Assembly: GCA_037447605.1 (NCBI GenBank)
Contig: CM074805.1
Location: forward strand, 248,001-312,000
Direction of reading: 5' to 3'
From: Zygnema circumcarinatum SAG 698-1b
Lineage: Eukaryota; Plantae; Zygnematophyceae
Length of the DNA stretch: 64,000 nucleotides
The translations under genes and the position numbers were made by a program. Below, piece by piece: positions 35,202 through 48,110 of the stretch; positions within the stretch are counted from its first letter, which is position 1, and each line of letters starts with the position of its first letter. Under the pieces are notes generated by a model. That model saw nothing but the letters and a program-made list of their open reading frames with translations. It had not been told where the DNA came from and did not search any database.

Positions 35202-35512
35202 CCTGCTTGTGCTTGTGCTTGTGCTTGTGCTTGTGCTTGTGCTTGTGCTTGTGCTTCTGGCTCTGCTTGTGCTGATGGGGCAACAGCAGGAGGGGGGGAG
35301 GAGGGCGGGGGTGTTGGAGTTGGAGTTGCAGGGTCCCTTTCCGTCAGTCCCAGTTTGAAGGAGAGCGCGCGCCTCTCGTTGGAGGGCTTGTGGGCAATTT
35401 CTACTTCGGAGGGCGATGAGGTGGAAATAGCATTTCGTGAAAAAGGGGTACAAATGCGCAAACAGGCCGAGCCTACTTGCAGCAGGGAGGGAGGGACTGA
35501 GCGCGCTCGCAC
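30850..35512 (-). pseudogene. Second, retroelement-disrupted copy of the DUF815-like degenerate gene, with an S/P/A/R-rich N-terminal extension and an (AQ)n repeat
   Basis: ORF 35512-35069 contains GTVDKVTVHATGEEGCWTLKWKLEGARR. ORF 34728-34462 contains PPNAILCATSPSRDL...FGLSLPFHREASTYVQCAAELAAARG. EDSALDW lies at ~34215-34195 and AAQVRAGVPQWAHKYDVLAAGQYV at 30920-30850. Confidence 0.45.
30921..34190 (+). mobile_element. Decayed Ty3/gypsy LTR retrotransposon (RT-RNaseH-integrase remnants)
   Basis: Termini are TGTAGC (30921) and GCTACA (34190), flanked by CCGC/CCGG. RT C-terminus: SFLGLTSFYRRFIKGYALIARPL...FDADWS (31080-31440). Integrase HHCC: AHD..GFHLG..YYWP..CTRC. Core: SDNGTEY...SPWQNG. 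WLGPF motif at ~33090. The RT-RH-INT order is that of gypsy. Stops and frameshifts are present, with gaps at 31066-31075 and 34085-34094. Confidence 0.9.
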
Positions 35513-35868
35513 AGTGTGAACAGGACGAGTAGATTTCCGAACCGAGCCTTGTTTTTGTCAGGGCCCGGTCCGCTTCAGGGACGACGACGGGCAGGGACAA
35601 AAAATGTTTTTGACCACCCGTCGCATTGAAAGATGAATTTGTTTTTCTGCCCGAAGAGTGGGGCAGGCTCGTTTTTACAGCGATTCTTTTTTAAACAGAA
35701 CGGAATTCGGCGCATGGAACGGCCTTGCATTGGCAGAGCCAGAGCTTCTCTTGCAGGCTCTCGTTCCTGCAACCAACTACTGAAGCTGTAAGGTGGGCAT
35801 ATTCCGGTGCGCTTTTGAGCAAGATTTAGGGCAAAGTTTGGTGAACATATTGCCAAGGTGTTTGCAGG

Positions 35869-37757
35869 ATGTCGCACAAGCCGGATGATGAGTATGACTA
35901 CCTCTTCAAAGTGGTCCTGATAGGGGATTCTGGAGTCGGGAAGTCCAACCTACTCTCCAGATTTACCAGAAACGAGTTTTGCCTCGAGTCAAAATCCACA
36001 ATTGGAGTGGAATTTGCGACGAGGAGTATTCAGGTAGAAGATGATGCCATTTCTGTGTGTGTGTTTCAGAGATCTGAGCGCCATATCTGAAGGTTTGGAG
36101 CAGATGCTTTCGAAAAGCGCTGGCTTGTGCTTGCGAGCGCTTCAGATGACCTCCATTGTTGTGTCGTTTGTACTATTGTTTGGGAGAAAGTGGCAGGCGG
36201 CAGAAGCTTGTCTGAGACTAAGGCTGAGAGTAGATGGAGTAGATGCTGCAAGTGGTTCTCTTGTCCTGCTGATCCACATCCCTTTGAGTGTCACAGAAGA
36301 TATCCGTGAAGTCGTGCACCGATGGTTTGTTTAGGTTATGCTTGAGGCTTTCTGAAACGTGCACGAGCAGAGTGGCAGTTTCATTGGCAGTTCGTTCCGC
36401 ACAAAATGTGTGTGGGCTGAGTTTGCCATCTGCTTTGGTGCTTGCGGCTGCTTACTTTCGAGTGTAGGTCTTAACCTAATTCTTTGACACAGTTTCTAGA
36501 CGTTATGCCGATTCAGAGTCAGATAAACTGATGGAGGAACTTCTTTTCGAGACACACCTAGTCGAGAGTTGGTACCTGCATGCGAATCAAAACTTGATGT
36601 TGGAGAAAGCAAGGTCTTACCTTCGTCTTACTTCCTTGCCGCCCGGGACTATGTCACTCCCTGTTTCTCTGCTTTTACCTTTGCATCGCTAGTATTGGGA
36701 GAAACCGATTTTTTCCTACTTCTTTGAGTTCATATCCGGTGGAATTTGGGGTTGCTGTGCAGGTTGACGGGAAAACTATCAAAGCGCAGATATGGGACAC
36801 TGCAGGACAGGAGCGATACCGTGCAATTACCAGTGCTTATTATCGGGGCGCTGTCGGTGCCTTGTTGGTGTATGACATCACAAAACACATAACTTACGAG
36901 AACGTGGAAAGGTGGCTCAAGGAGCTCAGGGATCATGCCGACTCCAATATTGTGATCATGTTGGTGGGCAACAAATCTGATTTGCGACACCTTCGTGGTG
37001 TTGCCACCGAAGATGCACACAGTTTTGCAGGTGAGTCATCCATCTGATGTTCTAGGGTTTGCCATGCTGCCGAATCAGAAAGTCTTCCGCTTGCATTAAG
37101 TTTATGATCAGATTTAAAGGCGTCATATTCTGGGAAAGCTCTTTCATGTTTCCGAACTTTTTGCTGTCCCGAGAGGAATGTGCGTTTTGTCTGGTTACTT
37201 CATCAGAGAGAGAGTTAAGGCACACCCTGAGTTATATGTTCTCTATAAGGGGCTGTCGCTGTAGGCCCTCTTTTGTCGCAAACTGCTTCCACTGTCTCAC
37301 CTCTTCTTCTAGGTGCACTTGTATGCTTCAAATGTTCAGTAGACTTCAGTCTCTGCTTGTCTCAAGAAGGGTACATGTCCTGTCTCTGCAAATATCCTGG
37401 GATTTTTCACTTGTTCCAACCTGAATCATTCAGTAAGGTTTAGTTTAGGTCTTTTAAAGGTGTTTGCTTTTTGATTTTTCCCCTTCATATTCTACGTCCA
37501 CTCTTTCGCCAATAATTTTCTGTGGAGTTTTTTTTCCTTTTGCAGAGAAGGAGGGGCTTTCTTTCATTGAGACATCAGCTTTGGAATCTACAAATGTCGA
37601 AAACGCATTTCACAAGATTCTGACAGAGATCTACAGGATTGTGAGCAAGAAGGCTTTGGCACAAGAAGAAGGAGGAGCTGCAGGGCCAGGAGAAGGAACG
37701 ACGATCATTGTCCCTGGTGGTGATGATATGGACAAGAAGAGGGGCTGCTGCTCTTAA
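35869..37757 (+). CDS. RabA/Rab11-family small GTPase (canonical)
   Basis: Exons 35869-36033, 36763-37030 and 37546-37757. Motifs: [26 protein letters not shown] and C-terminal GCCS. Confidence 0.96.
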
Positions 37758-39233
37758 AGTACTATTCCCTTCCTTCAATTAGTCTTTGGAAGTGCTGCTT
37801 TATTAAGCTGCCCGTGGCGCAGTCGTTTGACAACAGGATATGTGGACTCAAACTAGTTTCGTTGCCGTTGACTTTTTTTCTTGACAAACAAGCATCCAGT
37901 TCAATTGGAAGACTCTGCAACAGCTCATCAGTTTGGAACAGGGGACATGAAGACTGTGCCCAAGAAACTCCTTGGAAGCCAAGCTCATGTAGGGCTGTGA
38001 TTCAAACAAGTGCAGGATGGTTGCGTGTGGTGCAGTTGGGGGAACTGGAGCTCAGCAGTTCATTCTGAGGTCTATGAGAGGGCAGAGCTGAGGTCTTACG
38101 GGGTCCAATCGTTATCCTTCATTCTATCTGCGCAGGATTGTAACTTTTCAAGGTTGTAGCTTGGGATTGGCAATGGGCTGCTCAGTTTACCAGCTGGTGG
38201 CTCCCTGCTTGAAGCGGGGGGTCTATTTGGACCACACACAGCAAGTTTTGAGTGTATGGGGTACCCATGGGGGAAGGAAGGGGGGGATGGGGGGGGCAAG
38301 TCATTGTTGTCAAGAACCCTTTCAGTCGGCTTCACGGGAGGTTCATAATTTAGCCTCTTATTTCACTCCGGCTGTGTTAATAGCTGGGAGGGCATTCTAG
38401 GGCTATCTGAGTGTTTATCAACTGCTTAAATTTCTTGCAGCTGGTGAGGCATTGGAGTTGATTGGTTGACGTGTTGGAGAAGGGAGGGGGATAGGGAGTG
38501 GGAGGGAGAGGTTGTTTTGAATGGCTCTCAAGATGGTTTGAGGGCGTCTTGAGCACTGATCGGGTGTCTTGTGCTCTGCTTGTGGAACTTCGTACGAGAT
38601 GCTAGAGTGTGTTCTTTTGGAGGGAGGGAGGGTGAGAGAGAGGGAGGGAAGCAGGTTAGCGATAACAACCGTGAGCGATACCTGTGTTTGCGGAGAGAGA
38701 GAGAGGGAGGGAGGGAGGTTAGCGAGAACACCGTGAGCGATACCTGTGTATGCGAGCCTATGTGTGGGAGGGACGTTTGTGCGTGTTTCCCTCCTCCCAC
38801 TCTCTTTCTCTTTCTCGGCTTCCATGCATCACCCATCGTCCCTAGGCAAGAGGAACCGACACAGCGGCAGCAACGTGCCCTTTTCTCAATAACCCCCCCT
38901 TCCAAGCTGTGTCGGAATTTGTAGCGTATGTCCATGAGGCTCCATCGTGAGATGAGTGTAGTGAACCCAAAGCTATGGCCATCACGTTCACCATCACCAT
39001 GAATCTGACCATCATCACCTCACCACGAAGCTGACCATGGTCATAAAAAATCATCATCAAGCTGACCATCACCATCATCATCATCATCTAACGTTGAGAC
39101 CACGTCTCACAGACACATAAAACAGCAGAATCGTATAGCCCTAAAGCCCTGCAAGCTGGAGATCCCTAAAAAGCAAAAACACGAAACACCACCATAGATT
39201 GCAACGACGCAGGTTCACAGCAAGCGGCAGGTG

Positions 39234-40691
39234 TCATAACTTAATTGGATCTTCTTGTGAATGCATTTCTTGGATAGGCATGGAAGGGGCGGGCACTTCC
39301 ACTGGCCCAGTCCGATACCTATCGTAAAATAAGTCATCGGGTGGGAGGAGCATGGACTTGAGGCTCATCTTAATGCCCTGATGCTGACATAGAAACTGAT
39401 GCCTAGGCCTGATCTTATATTCCAGGCTCGCTCCTAAGTACTGCGGATACTCTACAAGCTCCTCTACACTTCTTTGCATCACCTTCGTAAGGTATTCAAC
39501 TTTAGGTTTAACGTTCGACTCCAGCCCATAGAGTAGAATAGAAGGAAACCTTGCAAGCATAGTGCAAACGTCTCTCTCTGGTATTCCTAGCCCCTGTAAA
39601 TACTGAAAATTTGGCAATAATCTCTCTTTTACATGGAAACCCAGCAGCCCGGGATTGTTATACACCACCTTCCCCGTATCTTTGACCCCTAAAGAGCGAA
39701 CAAACTCCAAATTTTCACTCAACTGCTGGATGCTGCGTATGAGCAGGCGAGGGTGACGATACAACATCTTCCCTAGCTTCCGCTTCGGAACCTTCACCTC
39801 TTCCATCAAAAAGAGCGCAATTGGAAGGAGCTCCGCCTGCACGCTCCGCTCAAAAATCTCCGGACTTGCCGTCAAAATCTTCGCAACATGCTCACCTTTC
39901 ACACCCCTCGCTTCTAAAAACTTCACTTTTGCCATAAGGTTTGCCTTCGAGAAGTACATCAATTTAGGGTAAGCGTGAAGCGCCTTTTCCACATCAACTC
40001 CCACACTCTCCAAGTACACTACCCGGTCTGTGATAGGCTCTATGGTCTGCATTGCCTCCTCTCCCCCTGCACCTTCCAAATTCTTATCCTCAGTTCCTCG
40101 CCCCCCCAAGAACATCCTCCATGCCTCCTTCTCCATCTGCTGTGGCGCCTCTTGCACGCTCGATAAGGAAAGTCCAACACCTTCTGCTCCCACATCATCG
40201 TGGTTCTCTCCAGCCCGCCATGGCTGCACATCTCCATACCAAGGCCGCGAATTGGGTGAACGAGCGACAAAGAGGTTGGAAATTCCTCCATTTTGCAAGA
40301 GCAATGTCGCTGATTCCTTGTCTGCAAGCTTCTCCAGAAGCTCCTCCTGCCTCTCTTCTCTTCTCCCATCTCCATCCTCCTCCTCTTCTCGCCTATCCTG
40401 CTCCCGCAGGGAAGTCTGGTGTGGAACCTTCAGCACTGAAGAATTCCCCAAATTCTCTGCGAGGCGGTTTTGCTTGAAGGAGAGACGTTCCGCCTGAAGG
40501 CTGCTCCCTTCCTGCTGCTCATTTTTCGAACTCCTGACGGCAATGAGGTTACAAACGAGGCGACCTCTCAGCGAGGAGCTGCTTCTGAGACGGAGAAAAT
40601 GCCATCCGGAGCCTGCCTCTGCTGCAAGAACGCCGCTCAGGGGCTCAGCGGAGGGAGCTCCTCGAGCTCTGGGAAGGATAGCGGATTCCAT
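39234..40691 (-). CDS. mTERF-family protein, intronless, probably organelle-targeted
   Basis: 485-aa ORF with a transit-peptide-like N-terminus and repeated mTERF motifs (YPKLMYFSKANLMAKVKFL, SPEIFERSVQAELLPIALFL, NPGLLGFHVKERLLPNFQYL, YPQYLGASLEYKIRPRHQFL). Confidence 0.88.
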   Translation of the reverse strand: MESAILPRARGAPSAEPLSGVLAAEAGSGWHFLRLRSSSSLRGRLVCNLIAVRSSKNEQQEGSSLQAERLSFKQNRLAENLGNSSVLKVPHQTSLREQDRREEEEDGDGRREERQEELLEKLADKESATLLLQNGGISNLFVARSPNSRPWYGDVQPWRAGENHDDVGAEGVGLSLSSVQEAPQQMEKEAWRMFLGGRGTEDKNLEGAGGEEAMQTIEPITDRVVYLESVGVDVEKALHAYPKLMYFSKANLMAKVKFLEARGVKGEHVAKILTASPEIFERSVQAELLPIALFLMEEVKVPKRKLGKMLYRHPRLLIRSIQQLSENLEFVRSLGVKDTGKVVYNNPGLLGFHVKERLLPNFQYLQGLGIPERDVCTMLARFPSILLYGLESNVKPKVEYLTKVMQRSVEELVEYPQYLGASLEYKIRPRHQFLCQHQGIKMSLKSMLLPPDDLFYDRYRTGPVEVPAPSMPIQEMHSQEDPIKL

Positions 40692-42169
40692 CTGTAGGGA
40701 TCCTGGAAGGGGGGGCGAGAGATTTCAGCATGGGAAGGAAAAGAGAAGGGAGAGGCGAGGGGGAGGGGAGGAAGTGAGAGGCAGAGTCAGGAGAAAGGGA
40801 GAGATATAGCGAGAGGGCTCGAGATAAGTGGGGATAAGTGGGCAGAAGCGAGAGACGGGAGCAACATGAGAGAGAGAGAGAGAGAGGGAGAGGGAAGAGA
40901 GGTATGACGGGGCTTGGAGGTTACAGTAACAAGAACTACACATGTGGCAGTTCCAGTTTTTGTATCGTACATAAAAATACATGAAGTTAAAGTCCAGTTA
41001 ACGTTTGAGTGGATATCACATAGAGCATATCAATTCTATGTTACAGTTTGAATTTAAACATGTGTCCTAAAATCGACACGTCATTCCTGTTTAGAATTGT
41101 TACGAAAATTCGGAAATTAAAACGGAACGCTATGCACGGAGACGGCTGTTCCAGAAGCTCCCGGGAAAGGGGAGGCCTGCTTCCGGTACCGCTCTGCTGC
41201 TCTCCTTAAGCAGGAGGGCGCCTTCCCTGCTTTAGGTAGGTCAGGGCCAAGGCCTTCGTCTTCAGGAGGGCTTGCAGGCGCCTGGAGAAGGATCTTACGT
41301 TGAAGAGGAACCCGGAAAGGCTTGCAGATCTTCATTTTTCGTCATATTGTGCATTTTCTGCTACTTACAAGGTACGAATGCCTGATTTGCTTGCAGAACA
41401 TTTGGCACGAGAGGAGAGAAATGATGTATGAATGTGCGGAGGAGAAATTTGAACGTTCAGTTTTGTTTTCTGCAAACTGAATCGCTCAGTTATGAAGTGT
41501 GATGGATTTTAGGGCTAGCTTCTACACGGGGCGGGGGATTCAGTTTGTGACTTGCGGGATGCAAGGAATGGAATATGTCGTCCGGTTAGGATCAGAATGC
41601 ATAGGGAATATGAGCACAACAAATATCTTGGAATTGTTCACGGAGGCTTCACTGGAATTTGGAACATTATTGGTTCAGTACCAGTATTGGTTTATGCGGT
41701 GTATCGCTCAGCTACACAAATATTCTTTCTTTTTGTTCGTTGAACCTTTGGATTCCTGCAGCTCTGCAGAAAGTGACAGGAAGGAAGTTCCAGAGTTTTC
41801 TGAAGCCAGTCGTCCGAAATTCAGCTGTCCTATCCATTGGGTGGTTTTGAAAGTGGAAACAGACTTTATGTCGAGCCAATGCTGGTCCAAGACGTTTGTT
41901 AAGGGAGGCAGGATCATCTGACTAATTTGATCAGGCTTTAGTCGTTCCTATAACTCGTAAAGCTTGGAGGCCGCTGACTTCTCAAACACATTTGCAAGGA
42001 AGGGTAATTGATACTTACACATGTATGTTTACTTTTGTCTATTCTTGGCTCGTTTTCTGTGATGTTCAATTCCCTCGCGTGGTTTCCAATCGTCATGTCT
42101 TTGCAGCTTTTGGCCTTTCCGCATAGAAACAACTTTTGAAGTGTTCAGGGAGGCGACCTTGTGGAAGAC

Positions 42170-45100
42170 ATGGGAACGATAATACATGTGAAGTGCTCCA
42201 ACGGACAGAAATTTACCGTGGAGGTTGACCTGAGCGCCAGCACTGTCGGCGATTTGAAGGCGCAAATGACCGATAAAGCGAATATTCCTGCAACGCAGCA
42301 AAGATTGATTTATAAAGGTCGAGTACTGAAGGATGACCATACTTTGGAAAGTTATGGTGAGTTTCGCTCTCTCTACGCGCTGAAGGTGGATAGCTCCGCT
42401 GGGTCCCTCTCTTTCTGTCGGTGTAGGGAGGGTTGCTGTGCTGCCTTGGTCTCCGGAAGGTGCACATGCGATTAGGCGGTGTTCCTTTATTGAAACGTTC
42501 AGATTTTTTAATCAAGGAGTAGGATGGAAATTGTGATGAGAGCATGATTCTTGTGTGCGCCTTCACGCTGTTTGAAGAATGATCGAAAATACACCACAGT
42601 CCCATTTAGTGTGTTGGTAAGTTTTCAACTTTCTGATCAGCCGAATGGGTTAATGACAACATCTTTAGCACCCTCAGTAGCTGACTCAAACAACTAGGGA
42701 CGACACAGCTCACCTTCCGGCCCCAAAAGAAATAGAATTTGTTTTCAGGCATGACTGGAAATTCTTGTATGTATTTTGTAACAGGACTAGAAAACGATCA
42801 CACCATCCACTTGGTCCGAGGAGCAGCTCCCACTCCTTCACCTGCACCGTCTGGGACTCCAACTTCTGGAATTTCCCCTACAGTTCATGCATCTTCCTCG
42901 CCTTTCACTGCTACCGATAACGAGAGTGCCAGATTTGGTGGATCGCCTTTTGGGAATTTGAGTGGACTAAGGCCTCCTGCAGGGGGAGGTGGTTTGGATA
43001 TGCCTCAGCAACTCATGCAAGATCCGGCACTTCTTCGAGATATGATGAATTCGCCTCTGATGCAGAGTCTTTTGAACAACCCGGAATTGATGCGATCTCT
43101 CTTTATGAGTAATCCGCAGGTGCGGGAAATCATGGAGAGGAACCCGGAAATTGGGCATGTTCTGAATGATCCGGCAATGATGAGGCAGACGGTGGAAGCA
43201 GCCCGAAATCCGGAAATAATGCGGGAGATGATGAGGAATATGGACAGAGCTTTGAGTAACATAGAAGCCATGCCGGAAGGATTCAATATGTTGAGGAGAA
43301 TGTACGAGAATGTGCAGGAACCGATGATGTCGGCTACACAAAGGCAAGGGGATGCTGCAACAAACACAGCAGACAATAACCCGCTTGGTGCTTTGTTTGG
43401 AGGTGCCGCTGGAACCCAAAATCAAAGACAGATGCCCGGGCAAGCCACTACGACCACCACAACTGCGGGAGGTGTTACTCCTGTGCCTAACACAGCACCC
43501 CTACCGAATCCATGGAATCCTTCAGGTGAGGAGGTGGCAGAGTTCTCTCTTAGGGAAATGGGGGAGAGCAGAAGGGAAGAAATGCAGATTGATATGGTCT
43601 GTTGAATGGGAATGTAATCTGTCAAGAAGCAGATGCATTATCCATGATTTGATTGTTTAGGGAAGTGTTTCAGGAGATGGGTGAAAGACTTAAAACCATT
43701 GAAGAAGCTGTACGCTCGAGAAGCTGTACAACCTCTGTAATCGTTGTTTGTACCTCATATGCACATTTATCATTGAAGGCTGCGGGGTTATGAGTATCAA
43801 GCATGTACGACAAATTAGGTTTCAGAGGGAAGTTTTATGGTCATTTGGTGTTTCTGTGCTGGCTAATTTTGGGAGCTTGGTGTGATGACCTTTTCATTAT
43901 GTCAGTGGTGTAAATTGCAAGCATTCACTTTATCAGTTGTTTTGGTGTACTTCTGCAAACATCTTGGCATGCCAATGCTAGATGCCGTTCTGTGTAAGAT
44001 CTTGTGGATTGGGTGCATGGAATTCTTACTTTTATCCCTCTGTTTTGGGGCACAGCTGCTGCGGGAACGCCCGCTGCTCCTGCAGCAGGTACAGCGGCAG
44101 GGCAGACAGCAGGTAGTGCTCCTGCCATAGGTCTGGCGGCAGGAGTGGGAGGGACTCCCACAGGACTGGGAGGGCCAGGATTAGGTGCGTTTGGACCTCT
44201 GGGAGGGTTGGGAGGGGTGGGGGATGCGGGAGGGATGGCCTTCGATCCAGCCCAAATGCAGGCCATGCTGCAGAACCCTGTTATGCAGCAAATGATGCAA
44301 CAAGTCCTCTCCAATCCTGAAGTTGTTCAGCAGGTGGGTACTTTGTTTTTTGCTCATTTTCTAGGTTATGAGTTGTCGACTTGTAGTGTTTTGAATAGCC
44401 GGGTTTTTTGCCTGAGGTAAACTGAGGATTTCCTGCAAGGCATTGGGGGAAAGATTGAGACTGGAGAAAGTGACCGTGATAGCGATGAAAGAAGGGATTG
44501 AGTTGGGAATATGTCTTTTTTTTGGTCATGCAGGTCATTGGCACAAATCCTATGCTTCGGTCTATGGTGGATTCAAACCCGCAATTTCTTGAGGCACTTC
44601 GGAATCCGGAGTTTTTGCGACAAATGGCAGATCCTAATACCTTGCAGGTCTAACTCTTACAAATTGTCTCTTTGCCGAAGTAATTAAATCAATAGGGGGC
44701 ATGTGAATGTTATGGGACTGCTCCATGTTACTTTCTATTGAATACGGCTGTTTGAATCTCTCTGTTTGAGTCTACTAGGCAGTTACAGGAGGAGAATTTG
44801 GGTCGTATGCGATTTTTGATATTCATATTCAATGAAACATTGTGACCGCATAACTTTGAGTGATTGGAGTACATATGCTTGATTGATAAATTTAATGCCA
44901 GAGTTGTTGGGATCAGTCAGAGAGAGACAGCTGCCTCGCATGAGAAAGAGGGAGAGGGAAAGTTCGGAGGATAGAGGCATGGGAGAATTTCTGTGTTTTT
45001 CATCTGCTTTTCGTACTGTCCTCCACTTGGTCTGTTAAAGATTAGTTCCAATATGCCAGCTTCTGAAACTTAGAAAATGGAGCAATCGACCTGATGGTCA

Positions 45101-46043
45101 TATGTTTCGCTCTTTCCTTGTGAACGGAAACAGCAAATGATCCAACTGCAGACGTTGATGAGTCAACTTCAGTCCGGTTTTGGAGGATCCGGTGGCAGGT
45201 ATGTGATTGAAGGGATCAAAGAGTGCAGAAGAATGAAAGCTGGGGAGCTGCGCGAGCTTGTTAGAGACAAGAGAGGGAGGGAGGAAGGGACGGGGCGGAA
45301 GCGGGCGTGGAAAGAATTTTCTGCAGGCTTTGTCATTTGACATTTGGAACATATGCTTCCAGGATTCCCAGCCAACCGGGAGCCAATCCTGGCGCTCCAG
45401 GTGGCGCTCCAGATATGAATATGCTCATGCAGCTCCTTTCAAACCCTGCAATGTCCGGCCTGGGTGGGGGCGCTCCTTCCGGTGAGTACAAAAGTCTGCT
45501 GCCTTTGGACTTGTTATGAAGTACGAAGAAACAAAGGAAGTTGGCACTCAACACAAACTGGAACTGACAACGAGTCTAAGCTTGAACTGGAGATTGATAA
45601 CATATCCAACAGCAAAGCTATCTTCAAGAGAACTGATGTCTTATTATCTCTCTGCGTGGGTTCTGGCAGTGAATGTTGTACCCCCCGAGCAGCTCTATGC
45701 CAACCAGTTGGAGCAGCTGCAGGATATGGGTTTTTATGACCGTGAGGTAGGTCACATCTATCTCTCGGTCTGGCGATCTGTACTCCACCCCTCTCTCGCT
45801 CTCCCTTTCTCCCTCCCCTCTCGTTTTAGCTCTCCCCCCTGTCTCGCGCTTTGTATACATGTATCGTCTGTTTGAAAAACCCTCGAAGAGGGAATTTAAA
45901 AGACGAGAGGACTGGATGCGTGTTTGCACATGATTATAACAATGAGAGTTCTTTGGTGGAAACAATTGCAGGAAAATTTACGAGCATTGTCGGCCACTGG
46001 AGGGAACGTGCACGCTGCTGTGGAGCGCCTTCTTGGAGGCTGA
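42170..46043 (+). CDS. DSK2: Ubiquitin receptor DSK2/ubiquilin (UBL-STI1-UBA)
   Basis: Exons 42170-42356, 42785-43525, 44056-44333, 44534-44647, 45134-45198, 45363-45481, 45670-45746 and 45972-46043. UBL: QQRLIYKGRVLKDDHTL. STI1 repeats: NPELMRSLFMSNPQVRE. UBA: QLEQLQDMGFYDRE|ENLRALSATGGNVHAAVERLL. Confidence 0.95.
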
Positions 46044-48110
46044 TATTGTGGCTGCTTCATCATAAAAACGCTGGTTAGCAAGAAAACCCTCCAGGTGTCC
46101 ACATGAGGGAGGGAGGGAGTGAGGGAGAGGGAGAAGAGGGAGAGGGGAGTGGGAGAGACTTGGGGACATATTGCAGTCCGCCGTGCACATAAGTGGAGCT
46201 CCAGTGGTATTGTTGAGTCACATTGTTATGTCTCTCACAGCGAGGTCGAAAGAGGCTGAAAGCAATGATTGTATAACGTGTATTCATGAAAGAGCAAGGC
46301 TCGTGTTCATGTTGTTCAACAAAGTCTATGTGCTTTCACTTATTCGCTATCCATATCATAATTCATGTACGGGCAGTCTCTCAGAAGGATGAAGGTTAAA
46401 GGGGACTACTGCAAAAAAAAGAATGTTTGCCCACTTTTTTCCCCTCTTTTCCCGATATATATATTTTTTTTTTCGAGTGGTCTTTTTCTGGGGCAGGGAA
46501 AGGGAACAGATGGAAAAAGGCGTGTGTTATCTCTGTCGCTTGCAGTGCAATTATGGGACAATGGGATGGGTCGTCTTACCAAGGTCGCTAACCTGGGTGG
46601 CTTGCTTCACTTCCTGTGCTTGGAGTCTCTCTTGGCTTGTTCGTACTCGGCTTGCTTCAAGGGTTTCAAGGGTAGGGATGGCTAAAAAACCCTGATTGCG
46701 TAAAAGCAACGTTCCTACAAAACCCAAGCTCTAGAACTAAACATCCCTGAAAACTTGTAGCCGTGTGCTGTTCCGCATAGACCATAGACACATGCGGCCC
46801 GTCGTTTGTATTCCATGCGAGAAACAAATTTCTTTGACGAGTGGAAATGGAGGCCACTAGACCAACCAGGCCAGACCAGGCCGGCAGCAAGACTAACCCG
46901 ACCAGACCGACTGACAAGATTTCAAGGAGCTTTCATAGAAGCAGCTTTCGAAGCAAAGGTGGGATAGTTTCATTTTCTTGAGAAATGGAGATATCGACGA
47001 GTTACCATGGGTCGTGTACCATCATGGTGGGCACCGTGAAGGCCTGACTAATGCCACCTGTGAAAATTGTCCCACATTCTCAACTCTAATTCGGTCGCAC
47101 AAAATGCATCCCAATCTATTCAGAGTTTCCAGGGCTCAGAGCTATTTGGGGTTTTGAGTATACGGTTTTCAAAGGTGGAATGAGAGGTATGTAAGTGGTA
47201 AGGAGAGAGAGGGGGAGGGCACAGCTTTTCCACAGTCCCCATAACAACAAAGCAAAAAGCACGAGGGCGGAGGGTAAGATGCTAATCTGTAAAAAGGTGG
47301 TCATGAAGAGGAGCAGCACAAAGACGAACATCAGATTAACATTATAAAACAACCTGTGGATTCCCCCCTCTTTGAAGTTAATAGTAAGTGCTCGTTGCAA
47401 TGTACGGGAGAGGGAGAGGGAAAGGGAGAGGGCAGGGAGAGGGAGGGCGAAGGACAGGGAGAAGGAGAGAAAGAACAATAACACTACTGAGTCTCGCTAT
47501 AACAATGACAGCTACACTACTAAGTCCATCATGTTAGAGAACGGCTAAGTTACAACAATATCCAAACATGCGAAAATTTGGAGAACTCAGACAACCCAAT
47601 TTGTAAACATAACGTTAGGAGTAAAAGCAATGAACACGTGTGTTCAGCTAACACATAATGCTTTCTAACATGGAACGCTTCCTGCTTCGAGGGGTTCAGC
47701 ATGCAGCCATGGCGAGGCACCTAGGTGTCAGGGTTCAGGGAATTCTATGTCCGTGTGACGTACCCGATCACATCATCATCGTGGCCCGTTGTCCTGACGT
47801 GAACCCTTTGAGTGAATCAAAATACGGCGCGCAACAGGGAACAGAAACGAATATGGAATGTGTCCAAAAACTCGTCCGTTCCCGATAGCCACCGTGAAAG
47901 CACCAGACCCCGCCGCTGCCAGATAGCAAATGCAATTTGTTCGAGCGACTGAAGAACGCCAGCTGTCTGCAGAGATTCGGAGCAGGCTAAACTCCAGCCA
48001 CCTTCCTTTCAATGAAAAAGGAAGACACGGCTCCCCTCCTCTCCTCCTAAGGGAAAAGAAAAAGTTGCCTTTCCTTTCGCCGCCTTCACCATACGCCTAT
48101 CCTATCGGAC

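Noticed and set aside
38660-39090. ~62-bp tandem duplication and (CAT)n/His-rich ORFs
   Set aside because: Low-complexity DNA between convergent 3' ends, with no domain or splice support.
39234-40691. Intronless mTERF as a possible retrocopy or horizontal transfer
   Set aside because: Many plant mTERF genes are naturally intronless; no poly-A tail or TSD is seen.
42161-42169. Listed GTG start for DSK2
   Set aside because: Eukaryotic gene: the in-frame ATG at 42170 follows an acceptor-like TTCAG and is the more likely start.
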